Positions 1 through 11,391 of a DNA stretch of 32,000 nt are shown piece after piece (the first letter of the stretch is position 1; each line of letters opens with the position of its first letter). This DNA is from Mycoplasmoides pneumoniae FH. GTDB lineage: Bacteria; Bacillota_I; Bacilli_A; Mycoplasmatales; Mycoplasmoidaceae. The notes below the pieces were generated by a model, which was not told the DNA's origin, ran no database searches, and saw only the letters and a list, made by a program, of their open reading frames with translations. Made by a program: the position numbers and the translations under genes. The stretch lies in the NCBI RefSeq assembly GCF_001272835.1, contig NZ_CP010546.1, positions 30,001-62,000 on the forward strand, given 5' to 3'.

Positions 1-228
1 TGGAAGTTAAGGGACTTCATGAAGTTTGATGAATGGAACAAGATTTCCCAAGCAATGTTTGTGACCAAGGAAATCTTTGAAGAGGGTTATGAAGACCTGT
101 CCAACAAGAAGAAGGAAAACGAGGAAGAAGTGAATGACTTCATTATGGGCAATGATGGTGATGACAACAGTACCGGTGATGAAATTGTGCAAGGACTCAT
201 TAACGATTTTCGCGACGATAACCAATAA
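1..228 (+). CDS. rpoE: DNA-directed RNA polymerase delta subunit, C-terminal part (gene truncated by window edge)
   Basis: Open from base 1 (WKLRDFMKFDEWNKISQAMFVTKEIFEEGYEDLSNKKK...), followed by an acidic low-complexity tail typical of the delta subunit; directly upstream of fba, stop TAA 226-228. Confidence 0.7.
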   Translation, partial: WKLRDFMKFDEWNKISQAMFVTKEIFEEGYEDLSNKKKENEEEVNDFIMGNDGDDNSTGDEIVQGLINDFRDDNQ

Positions 229-1094
229 TGCTAGTAAACATCAAACAAATGTTGCAACACGCTAAGCAACACCACTATGCTGTACCCCACATTAATATCA
301 ATAACTATGAATGGGCTAAGGCAGTATTAACAGCGGCTCAGCAGGCCAAGAGTCCGATTATTGTCTCCACTTCTGAGGGCGCTTTAAAGTATATGTCCGG
401 ACACCAAGTGGTAGTACCGATGGTAAAGGGCTTAGTCGATGCTTTAAAGATTACTGTACCCGTAGCACTCCACTTAGACCATGGTAGTTATGAAGGTTGT
501 AAGGCAGCGTTGCAAGCTGGGTTTAGTTCCATTATGTTTGATGGCTCGCATTTACCCTTTCAAGAAAACTTCACTAAATCCAAGGAGTTAATTGAACTAG
601 CTAAACAAACCAATGCTTCTGTGGAACTAGAAGTGGGTACCTTAGGTGGGGAAGAAGATGGTATTGTGGGTCAAGGTGAATTGGCCAACATTGAAGAGTG
701 CAAGCAAATTGCGACCTTAAAACCGGATGCCTTAGCTGCTGGGATTGGTAACATCCACGGGCTTTACCCCGACAACTGAAAGGGTTTAAACTATGAACTA
801 ATTGAAGCGATTGCTAAAGCGACTAACTTACCCTTAGTGCTCCATGGTGGTTCGGGAATTCCGGAAGCGGATGTCAAAAAAGCAATTGGCTTAGGCATTA
901 GCAAGCTCAACATTAACACTGAATGTCAACTAGCGTTTGCTAAAGCGATTCGGGAATATGTGGAAGCCAAGAAGGACTTAGATACCCACAATAAGGGCTA
1001 TGACCCACGGAAATTGTTAAAGTCACCTACCCAAGCAATTGTGGACTGCTGCTTGGAAAAGATGCAGCTCTGTGGTTCAACCAATAAGGCTTAG
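228..1094 (+). CDS. fba: Fructose-bisphosphate aldolase, class II, 288 aa
   Basis: Track ORFs 228..779 and 837..1094 are one frame when TGA 777-779 = Trp. Class II aldolase motifs: HYAVPHININNYEW, HLDHGS, LEVGTLGGEEDG, LHGGSGIP, NINTECQLAF. Confidence 0.95.
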
Positions 1095-2195
1095 ATGTTA
1101 AGTGCGGGAATTGTTGGTTTACCCAACGTTGGTAAATCAACCTTGTTTAGTGCTATTACCAACCTGCAAGTGGAAATAGCTAACTATCCCTTTGCCACGA
1201 TTGAACCGAATGCCGGGATAGTTAACGTAATCGATGAGCGCTTAGACAAACTAGCGAGTTTAATTAAACCCGATAAGGTTACCCACACTACCTTTCGCTT
1301 TGTTGACATTGCTGGTTTAGTTAAGGGTGCCAGTAAGGGAGAAGGACTGGGCAACCAGTTCTTGGCCAACATCAGAGAAGTTGACCTTATTTGTCACGTA
1401 GTGCGTTGCTATGAGGACAAGAAGATTGTCCACGTTAATAACCAGGTCGACCCCGTATTTGACTTTGAAATTATTGTCAATGAGTTAATCCAGGCCGACA
1501 TTGAGGTGGTGAATACCCGGATTGGCAAGATTAAGCGCAAGGCCGAATCTGGTGATAAGCAGTCCAAGGAAGAATATCAACTGCTAGCACCCGTTTTACA
1601 AGGTTTGCAACAAAACCAGATGGTGTTGCATCTAGTGAATGAAGTAGATTTAAAGAAACTCAAGTCACTTAATTTACTAACCGCCAAACCGATCCTAGTG
1701 GTGGCCAATGTGTCAGAAGCGGATTTGTCCAACCTTGACCATAATCCCCACCTCACTCAGCTCAACCAGTTCTTAAAACAACATAACTTACCCCATGCCA
1801 TTCCTGTTTGTGCATTATTAGAAAATGAGTTGAGTAGCTTGGATGCCAATGGTCGTCAAGACTGGCTCAAGGAGTTGGGTTTAAGTGATTACCAAGGTTT
1901 AAACCAACTAATTAAAACGGCTTATGATGCGATTGGTCTGTGGTCATTCTTTACCTTTGGTAAGCAAGAAGTGCGCGCTTGGGCTTTTAAAAAGGGTTGG
2001 TTAGCACCGCAGTGTGCGGGTGAAATTCACACTGACTTTGAACGTGGTTTTATTAAAGTAGAAGTAATTAGTTGAAACCAACTATACGAATTAAAATCGC
2101 TCCAGGAAGCCAAAAAGCAGGGCCTGGTCCGTTTAGAGGGCAAGGCTTACGTGATGCAAGATGGTGATGTGTGTCACTTTAAGTTTAACGTTTAG
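1095..2195 (+). CDS. ychF: YchF/OLA1-family redox-regulated ATPase (GTP-binding protein family)
   Basis: P-loop [51 protein letters not shown]; TGA at 2073-2075 read as Trp, frame closes at TAG 2193-2195. Confidence 0.93.
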
Positions 2196-3009
2196 CAAGT
2201 AACTGCTGAAACGAGTAAACAACCCAACTTTGCTTGTGGTTGTAACTAATACATAAACAACACAACTCATAGTTAAAAAAGACTTCCACCTGCCCCTTAG
2301 TTAACTTGTGGGTTTTAAATCAAGCTAACAGCGCTTTTTGACTGTCGGAATAGGCATCAAAACCAATGTTAATTAGGTTAACGGTGAGGTTCTTAGTTGG
2401 TTTTAACATTTGGTTAACCTTTCACCCTGACCCTCAACCAAGATAGGGTTTGGTTTCTATGACTGACTCCCCTTTAAAGTCCTTGGTGCCAAAGTACACC
2501 TTCGGGGCATTGGGCTCAGCTTTCTTAAAGTAAAACAGGGAAGGAAAACCCAGTTTGTTAGCGAGGTGCCGTGACCTTTGGTTGGATTCATAAAACGATC
2601 ACACTAATTCCCGCGGTTGCAACGTACGCTGGTAGTACTTAAGAAAGAAACTAATTGTTTCTAAAGCGACACCACTTTGTTGTTGACTGGGATCAATCCA
2701 AAACGATAATACCGGCATGTTGCCCCATTGCCCGACACAAAACCAACCCAAAAACTGCTTGTTTTTAAATAAGAGCGCTAACAGTTTACCGGGTTGCAGT
2801 TTGTCGTGGATGTATTCCAAGAACTGCTCAAAGTTTTCCACAATTTGCGCCATATAGTTAGTAGCACTTAAGGTGGTCCGGTGCTTCATGAAAACATTAA
2901 AAGCAGCTTTGACCTGTTTATTTTTGACCAACTTATTGGGGTTTTTCAGTGCCATTAGTTGGTAACGATCACCAAAAAAGCAAAACTCAAGAATAGTGTT
3001 TTTATCCAT
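2185..3009 (-). CDS. Hypothetical protein, 274 aa
   Basis: ATG at 3009; track ORF 2599..3009 continues through TGA(Trp) codons to TAA at 2185-2187 (...[12 protein letters not shown]). Convergent with ychF. No family recognised. Confidence 0.75.
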
Positions 3010-3041
3010 TTCAAAAGTCTTTTATAATCTTAAAGATAGTT

Positions 3042-3941
3042 GTGCAATTCAAGTATTTATTCACCGTGATTATTCCCACTTACAATTGTGGTCAATACAT
3101 CCCAAAAGCATTAGATTCCTTGCTTTTACAAGGTGAATATTTTACTAAGACCCAAGTTTTAATCGTCAATGATGGTTCGACTGATAATACCAAGCAGATC
3201 GTAGAACCCTATACCCAACAATACAGTAACATTGAGTACTTGGAAAAACCCAATGGCAATTGAGGCAGTGTGGTCAACTTTGTCAAACAAAACCAGTTAG
3301 CTAAGGGTCAGTACATTACTGTATTAGACAGCGATGATTATTTTCTAGCTAACGCTTTTCAACGCGTAGCTGCTCACTTTGGCCATGACATGATTGTGAG
3401 CGCCTTTTACTGTTACATTAGCCCTAAAAGAAGGCGTTTTCTCAAACCATACTTTGGTAAAACGGGGGTAATTGAACAAAAGACTAAACTACGCACACCC
3501 CATTCCCAACCCTTGGCTAAGTTCTACCGCCACGAGATCTTTAACTTGCTAGATCCTTTAAAAGAAAAGCTGTTTTACCAGGACTGTCTGTTGTACCATA
3601 ATGCCATCAATAAGGTGCAAAGTGTCTTTTACATTTGTGAACCCTTAGCAGTGTGGTATGCCACTAGACCAGGTAATTCCACCACTATGCCCTGAAATAA
3701 TGCCGATAAGTTCCAGGCCTGGTGTGACTTGCTCAAACAAATGAACTTATACGGCGCGGGTATAGTGATTTACATTTACACTATGTTACCTGGTTTTTTA
3801 AAAGAATTAAAACGGCAACAACTAGTGTTAGATTTAGCTAAAAAACCCGCTTATACCTGATTGCCCCAACCCTTAGCATTTCTGTTTGGTGGCTTAATGG
3901 CACTCAGGACAAGAAAGTACATTCGTTACCCTAAGAATTAA
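3042..3941 (+). CDS. Glycosyltransferase family 2 (GT-A fold), 299 aa
   Basis: GTG start; FTVIIPTYNCGQYIPKALDSLLLQ, VLIVNDGSTDNTKQIV, ITVLDSDDYFL are GT2 hallmarks. TGA 3261-3263 and 3693-3695 read as Trp. Confidence 0.88.
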
Positions 3942-3961
3942 GATTAAGATAGATAAAGCAT

Positions 3962-4534
3962 ATGGCAGACATGATTGAAGCGAAAAGTTTACGCAGTGGA
4001 CAAACGATTTTTGGTCCCAATAAAGAGATTCTGTTGGTGTTAGAAAACACCTTTAATAAGACCGCAATGCGCCAGGGAATTGTTAAAACCAAGGTCAAAA
4101 ACTTACGCACTGGGGCCATTGTTTGGATTGAGTTTACCGGAGACAAGTTAGAACAAGTCATTATTGACAAGAAGAAAATGACCTTCTTGTACAAGGATGG
4201 TGCTAACTATGTTTTTATGGACCAACAAGACTACAGTCAAATTGAGATCCCCGAAAAGCAGTTAGAGTGGGAAAAGAACTTTATCACTGAAGACAGTGAA
4301 GTTACTATTATTAGCTACCAAAGTGAAATTTTGGGCGTTAACCTACCCGAATTAGTGCCGATTGAAGTGGAATTTGCCGAAGAAGCAGTGCAAGGTAATA
4401 CCGCTAACATGGCGCGTAAACGGGCTCGGTTAGTTTCGGGTTACGAATTAGATGTGCCCCAGTTCATTCGTACTGGTGATAAGATTGTGATTTCCACCAT
4501 TGACGGGAGCTATCGTGAACGGTACAACAAGTAA
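3962..4534 (+). CDS. efp: Translation elongation factor P, 190 aa
   Basis: Single ORF; EF-P features such as LRSGQTIFGPNKEILLVLENTFNKTAMRQG... and C-terminal GDKIVISTIDGSYRERYNK. Confidence 0.93.
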   Translation: MADMIEAKSLRSGQTIFGPNKEILLVLENTFNKTAMRQGIVKTKVKNLRTGAIVWIEFTGDKLEQVIIDKKKMTFLYKDGANYVFMDQQDYSQIEIPEKQLEWEKNFITEDSEVTIISYQSEILGVNLPELVPIEVEFAEEAVQGNTANMARKRARLVSGYELDVPQFIRTGDKIVISTIDGSYRERYNK

Positions 4535-4958
4535 ATTAACTAGAACCCAAAGACGGATTGCAATTGTGGAGTTTATCTTCGCCACGCTGTTCTTTTTACC
4601 GAAAACTGCTGACCAAATCCAAGCGGCCTTTTTGGACTATGATGTGCCAGAACGTCCGCTCAACGATTGGCAAAAAGAGATTGTCAAAGTCTTTAGTGAA
4701 CGTTGTGTGGAATTCATTGAACTAATTGAAAACCAACAACAACGCAACCAAGCAGAAGTACAAAGCAAGTACAACAAGGTTTCCGGTAAAAAAGTCGACT
4801 TATTGACTAAGGCCGTGATTCTCTGTGCTTTGAGCGAACAACACGCGCAAGCGACTGATAAACCATTATTAATTAGTGAAGCCTTACTGATTATGGACCA
4901 CTATTCCCAGGTACCCGAAAAGAAGCAAACCCATGCTTTATTGGATAAACTCTTGTAA
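4500..4958 (+). CDS. nusB: Transcription antitermination factor NusB (start codon uncertain)
   Basis: NusB-like N-terminus TRTQRRIAIVEFIF and C-terminal ISEALLIMDHYSQVPEKKQTHALLDKLL; located directly after efp. The track start is TTG 4500 inside efp; the real start may be slightly downstream. Confidence 0.65.
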   Translation: MTGAIVNGTTSKLTRTQRRIAIVEFIFATLFFLPKTADQIQAAFLDYDVPERPLNDWQKEIVKVFSERCVEFIELIENQQQRNQAEVQSKYNKVSGKKVDLLTKAVILCALSEQHAQATDKPLLISEALLIMDHYSQVPEKKQTHALLDKLL

Positions 4959-5569
4959 TGCGACGTAATTGAAGGGAACACTATAACGTGTTTGTAGCAA
5001 ACCTAGCCTTAGTGTTGGGTTTTATGTTGAACATTGTGGTGGCGCGGTATACCTTAACTGGTGCTACGCCCCAAGCACGTTTTTTATTCCTCACACCCTT
5101 TTTAGGCATAGTAGCAGCGAGTATCTTCTACTTCTTTGATGTGAAGTGGTTCTTAGCGGATTATCCCTACAAGAAGTTCCATTTTCAAAAGAAGTGAACC
5201 TGGACTTACTTAAGTGGCGTATTTGTTTTCTTTGCTAATATCTTGGTTAATGTGATCTTGTTAGCACTCCTCGTTAACCAGATGACCAACCAAATCCTTA
5301 GTGAAAAGTATACGGGTTTACTGGACAACGCTTACCCACTACTTTGATCCGCTGTGGGTGTTAGTATCTTTTTGAGCTTAATTAGTATTGGTTTGAGCAA
5401 AACAGCCCACTTTAAAATTGATGTGGAAATGCTCAAAGCGAAAAAAGGCGAACCCACCGCCGCTGATAAAACCGACAGCCGGCCGGTAGTTGTTGATTTA
5501 GACCAAACTAAATCAAAAAAAGATGGGGATAACCCACCCCAAGCTTCGGGTGATATGACTAGTCTTTAG
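4958..5569 (+). CDS. Membrane protein of unknown function, ~203 aa
   Basis: ATG overlaps the nusB stop (TAATG at 4956-4960); TGA codons at 4973-ish, 5195-5197 and ~5345 read as Trp; several hydrophobic helices and a charged C-terminal tail. Confidence 0.8.
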
Positions 5570-6119
5570 CTTCGTTACCGAACAAGCGGTGGTTAATTAA
5601 CTCGTTTAAACTAGTGTCATCAAACAAGGTGCAGACCGCAGTAGTTGCAAATGCCAAAGCACAACCAGCACTACGACCAGTGACGAGTTTATTGTGGACC
5701 GTAACTGGGCTAACATTGCGGTGCTTTGATCACTTTAAGCTATGATTGGGAAACGAGGAGTAGTTTTCCGTTTCACTAATAATGCCGTGCTTTTACAACA
5801 CGTTGGGGGTATCACAAATGGCAAAGACATACTTGTCATGATCCTTAAAGTAACGGATAGTGTCGAGTAACTGTTGGTCATGGTCTAATACCTTGGTAGC
5901 TCCCATACCGCCAGGGATAAAGACACCATCAAATTCCTCCAGATTAACCTTGCTAGTAATCTGGTTTACTAAAGTTACCCCATTACTGCCCTTAACTGTA
6001 CTTAAGTTAGGGTGATAAATCACGGTTTGTAATTCTTTAACAAAACCAAATACCACCATTGTGTTGGTGTATTCCACATCATTCATGTCAGGGTAAACAA
6101 TGACTAAGAGTTTTTTCAT
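5559..6119 (-). CDS. DJ-1/PfpI family protein, 186 aa
   Basis: DGVFIPGGMGATKVLDHDQQLLDTIRYFKDHDKYVFAICDTPNVLW, then ...VTVHNKLVTGRSAGCALAFAT after TGA=Trp; stop TAG on minus strand at 5559-5561. Probable nucleophile Cys in AICD context. Confidence 0.85.
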
Positions 6120-6122
6120 CTT

Positions 6123-6743
6123 TTATTTAGTACCAAATAAGCGATCCCCAGCATCACCAAGCCCGGGAATAATGTAATTATCCTTATTTAATTTTTCATC
6201 AATGGCTGCTAGGTAAATGTCCACATCAGGGTGCGCTGCTTCCACGGCTTTAATGCCCTCTGGTGCTGCTACTATGGCCACCACACTAATCTTAATCGGG
6301 TGGTTCTTTTTAATGGAACTAATGGCTGTGGCTAGGGTAGTACCAGTAGCTAGCATTGGGTCTAAGATAATCACGTGGGAGTTGCCAATGTTTTCGGGCA
6401 TTTTCTTATAGTAAGAAATTACATTAGTGCCCTCATGTTCACGGTAGATCCCTAAGTGACCCACACGAATCTTTTCCGAATAGCGCACAATTGGGTCAAC
6501 CATACCCAGGCCAGCGCGCATTATGGGGACTAGAACAATTTCGTTTTTGAGCTTATAACCCTTCGTTTTGGTAAACGGGGTTTTTACAACAATTTCTTCT
6601 AAGGGTGATTCCTTAGTTACTTCAAAAAAGAGTAGTGAAGTGATTTGGCTTAACGCCATCCGAAATTGCGAGGAGGAAGAAGATTTATCACGTAGCTTTG
6701 TCAATTCGTTTTCGATCAAAGCGTGGTGCACTTTTTTGATCAC
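6123..6743 (-). CDS. upp: Uracil phosphoribosyltransferase, 206 aa
   Basis: PRPP motif [15 protein letters not shown] and C-terminal [14 protein letters not shown]. Confidence 0.96.
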
Positions 6744-6782
6744 GGTTAAAGATAGTCTTAATAAGGTTATATTAAAGATTGA

Positions 6783-9700
6783 CTAAAAAAGTTTTTTCTG
6801 GTTGTCTTGCTCCCTAAACTCATCGAGTAGTTGCATTTGGGTAAACGCTTCAATGTGTTTTTTGGTAATTTTAGTGCGTTTTTTAAAGTCATCGAGCGAA
6901 CTAAAGGGCTTTTCGTTACGCGCTTCTATGATCGAATTGGCCACAGCTTCCCCCATCCCCGGAATCGTAATAAAAGGGGCAATTAGCATGCCGTTGTGCT
7001 CGACAAAACGAGTGGCGTGGGAGTGGGTTAAAGAGATTTGTTCTAGTTTAATGCCGCGGGCCATCATCTCTAAATAAACCTCGTAACTGGTTAACAGTTC
7101 TGCTTCTTTGGGTTTAATCCGTTTAATGCGGTACAGTGTGTTGAGCTCCTCTAGTTTTTGCTTGACAAAGCTCACACCTGATTTAAAACCACTGACATCA
7201 TGTTCCTTGAGTTTAAAGCTCAACAAACAAGCATAGTAGCTCAACGGGTGGTACAGTTTGAACCAGGCAATTCGTCAGGCCATTAAAACATAAGCCGCGG
7301 CGTGGGCTTTCGGGAACAGGTAGCTAATCTTTAAACACGAATTAATCCAGTGTTGTTCGACCCCATTGCTCTGCATTAATTGCACTTCCTTGGCATTGAG
7401 AGCAATTCCCTTACGCACCTTTTCCATGATCTCAAAAGCATCTTTGGCCTGCATCCCCTTATGAATGAGGTAGAGCATAATGTCATCGCGACAGGCAATT
7501 ACATCCTTTAAGCTTAAGTTTTGGTCCTTCAAGATTTTCTGCGCATTGTCCGCCCACACGTTCTTCCCGTGACTTAGACCCGAGACGCGAATGAGGTCAC
7601 CAAAGCCCTTTGGTTTGGTTTGTTCCAAGATCTTGCGAACGAACTTAGTACCAAACTCGGGAATCCCAATCGCTCCCGTGGGTTCATCTAAGTAGTGCGG
7701 TTTTAGTTTTAAGGGATTGACCGACCAAAACATTTCGGTGAGCTTCTTGTCAAACCGGGGAATGTTTTGTGGATTGACATGGGTAAGATCGGCCAGGTGC
7801 TTTAACATAGTCGGATCATCCTGGCCCAGAATATCTAACTTTAAGATGGTGTCCCCTAACGCATCATATTCAAAGTGGGTCGTTTTTCAATCACTGGAAG
7901 TATCATCAGCTGGATAACCACACGGGGTAAACTCATATACCGATTTGTGGTTGGGGAAGATCATAATCCCCCCGGGGTGTTGGCCGGTCGTGCGTTTAAT
8001 CCCGACTAACTTTTGCTTAAAGCGTTCAATTTCGGGAGCGGTGGCCAATTCGGTTTGTTTAATAATTTCAAAGTAGTTGCGCGCATACCCGTAAGCCGTT
8101 TTTTCGGCCACTGTCGCAATTGTGCCAGCACGGAAGGTGTACTGTTCACCAAACAGTTCCCTCACATAAGCATGGGCTTTGGCTTGGTACTCACTGGAAA
8201 AGTTTAAGTCAATATCGGGAATCTTGTCCCCAGCAAAACCCATAAAGGTAGCAAAGGGAATGTTATGACCATCACCCTTAAAGGCTGCTTTGGCACCACA
8301 CTTTGGACAATCCCTTACCATGAGGTCATACCCATCATCGACCTCTTCGTTGACCTCAAAGTACTGACAGCTCTCACAGAGATAATGCGGCACTAAGGGA
8401 TTAATTTCCGAGATACCAATCAGGTTAGCTACCAACGAAGAACCAATTGAACCCCGCGGTCCAACAAAGTAACCATCTTGAACCGATTGTTTGACTAGTA
8501 AATGGGAAATCCAGTAAATAATGCCAAAGCCATTGTCAATGATCGCTTTTAACTCTTCCTGGATCCGTTGTTCTATTAACTTAGGTAAGGGATCACCGTA
8601 AATGGCCTTGGCTTGACTCCAGGTTTTGGCTGCCAGGTTTTCGTTAGAACCTTCAATTACTGGTGGTTGGAGTTTGGTTTGCACTGGTACCAGGTCATCA
8701 GCGGTGAGTTGTTTCGCTAACTTATTGGTGTTTTTGACCACTAACTCGTAAGCTAATTGTTCGCCTAAAAAACTCATTTCATTGAGCATTTCCCCTGTGG
8801 TACGCACAAACACATTGGGAACCCGTTGTTCCCTTTCCTTATAGTTAAAGTGACGGTGTCAACGCCCACCCAGACCCTTGGCACAAACTATGGCCTTATA
8901 GTACTCATTCTCCCAGGGGTGAATAAAGTAAGCATCCGAGGCAACTGCCACTAACTTATTGAGTCTTTGGGCCGTGTCCACCACTAACTTAATTGCGTTA
9001 GGAATGGCTTCTTTTTTCAAACCTTCCCTGATGGTGTAACCAGCATAAGCATCAGGTGGGGCAATTAAAACAAAGTCAACTCTTTTAATGGCCGCTTCTA
9101 ATTCTTTAAGCGGTTTAGTCAATGCCGCTTTAAAGATATCACCTTGCACCGGGTTATCAGTAATGACAAAGGATTTAGCAAACTTTTGGAGTGTTGAAGT
9201 TAACACTAGGGGTCGAGTAGCGTTGTTATCGGTGAGCGCAATTGATAACAGTTCATACAGTTTAGCAAACCCACTTTGGCTCTTAATGTAGATAATGCCG
9301 GTATTGGTAAAAGTGCGCTTGAGCAGTTCAAAGTGGCACTGCTGGTTTAACTCTTGGTCTAACTGCTCGAGATTAGTAATCCCCATGAGTTCGACCTGTT
9401 CCTTGAAGTAGTCAAAGACCTTCTTTAAGGCCTGGGTATCATAATCCGCTCGGTGCAACCGTTCATCATCAAAGTCAAACTTGAGCTTGGCACAAATATT
9501 GCTCAACGTATGGGAGGCAAACCCGGGATTTAAGGCCCAGGATAAGGCTAAGGTATCAATTAAGGGATTGGTTAGTGGCGCAATGTTGTATTTTTCAAAC
9601 TGGGTTTGTAAAAAGGGCAAGTCAAAACTCAAACCGTTATGGGCTACCATTACACAACCATCTAGTCAAGCGCGCAGTTTTTCCAACCCCGCTTGCTGTT

Positions 9701-11114
9701 CCATCCCATCTTCTAGTTGTGCTTGGGTAATCTTGGTAATTTCGGTAACTGCTGCAGGTAAGGGTCCATCAATCTTGAGAAAGAACTGCATTCGTTCCAC
9801 TTCACGGTTATGTTTGACCTTAATTCCCGCAAACTCAATCACCGAGTCATACCGACCGTGTAACCCAGTTGTTTCAATGTCGAAGATGACAAAGGTCGCA
9901 TCCTTAAGTTTGGTTTTATCAGGATTGCTAACTATCTTAATGTGATCATCAATGAGGTTACATTCCAAACCATAAATGGCCTTCAAGCCGTACTTTTTGG
10001 CCACTTCATATAAAGTGGGATAAATGTGAATGTTGTCCTTGTCAGTGACAGCAATTGTCTTCCAATCGCGTTCTTTGGCAAACTGGGCGTATTCCTGGAC
10101 ACTGTTAATGCCATCAAAGGCACTCATCTTGGTGTGGAAAACTAATTCGACCCGTTTTTGTTTGTCCTGATCGGGGCGGCGATAGTAAGCGGGGGTTTCA
10201 ATCGGGGAAATTTCCTTAATGATACCCTGGAGTAGTTGGGTCTTGGCATCACGTTCGACCTTAACCGTGGCCTTAACTCAGGTACCAATCTTAATGCCCT
10301 CAATTGTTTTGGGATCCTTGTAAAACCACTTCAAAATTAACGAACCACCTAGTTGGAAATCAGTGACATAAATATTAAGGGTATTACGGAGGTTGTTGTA
10401 CCCAGGAAAGTCCTTTAACTCAAAGATTTGCCCCATTAGTTTGATCTCATCCATTTGTTGGTTAATCTTGTGAATGGGGACAAATTCCGTACTAAAGACC
10501 TCGGTTTCAAACTGCTTGTCGTACTTGGATACCTTCATTGATTTCACTTTTAGTTGTTTTTCCGCTGGTGGATTAAACAACGAGACAAAACCAAAGTGGG
10601 TAAACCCAGCTTGGTGCATCCACTTAATGAAGGCTTGGCGTTGTTCAATTAACCATTGGTCTAATTCTTGGGACTGGCAGTTAGCTTTCAGTTCATGGTT
10701 ACTGTAGGACAAGAAGTTAGGATGGGTTAACTCTTGCTCTAACAGGATGCGGTACTTCTTGTCCTTACCAAAGAAGCTTTTGAAGTAGTCTTTGATAATG
10801 GCTAAGGTGACACTGGACTTAGTGGACCCGTCCTTAAAGAAGGTGGCATCTTCTTGGAAGGTAATCCTCAGTTCTGCCCCTTCCACATCCTGAAAGCCCT
10901 CATACAGGGCGTTTCAAATGTCAATTGTTAACGGTTTTTTTAAAGTGAGCGCCACGAGAAACAGGGCGTTTTCGCGATCATTCTCGAGGTAAACCAGTTC
11001 AATCCGGTTGTTGAGTTGGTGCAATTCGTTGTGATCGAGAATATTTTTCTTAACTAAAAACTGTGATAATGCTAAAATGCGTTTACCCTTTTCGGTTTCG
11101 GTGTCGAATACCAT
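6783..11114 (-). CDS. polC: DNA polymerase III alpha subunit, PolC type (Gram-positive type, integral 3'-5' exonuclease), 1443 aa
   Basis: Track minus ORFs 6783..7244, 7275..7808, 7887..8813, 8859..9650, 9666..10127, 10278..10886 and 10914..11114 lie in one frame separated only by TGA. Motifs: ATFVIFDIETTGLHGRYDSVIEFAG (exo), MVAHNGLSFDLPFL, GLKAIYGLECNLI (PHP), PDIDLNFSSEYQAKAHAYVRELFG (pol), zinc motif CESCQYFEV...CPKCG. Confidence 0.97.
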
Positions 11115-11391
11115 ATGTGCTAGTTCAAAGCTTATAAAACTGAAAAGGTAACAGCTTTATTTAACTGTTACCCGACGGTATTAGTTTACTATCTTGATCG
11201 TTTTGAAAACTTAAATGGTTAGTTAACTAGGTTCATTTCAACCACTACCTTTTTCAAGTTCCCGATTTGGTGTTCAAACCTAAAAAAAGGTTTGCTAAAC
11301 TTAGGTGAGATTGCAAGATCTCGTTTAAATTTCCTCTGTTGCTAGTGGTAGTGTACCCAACTTTAATGCCATAAACGATTGCTATTTATTG

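Noticed and set aside
9481-9945. Plus-strand 154-aa ORF opposite polC (also 10474-10707, 9088-9291, 8013-8207, 7717-7917, 6802-7077)
   Set aside because: Antisense shadows of well-supported polC coding sequence; no motifs or independent start signals.
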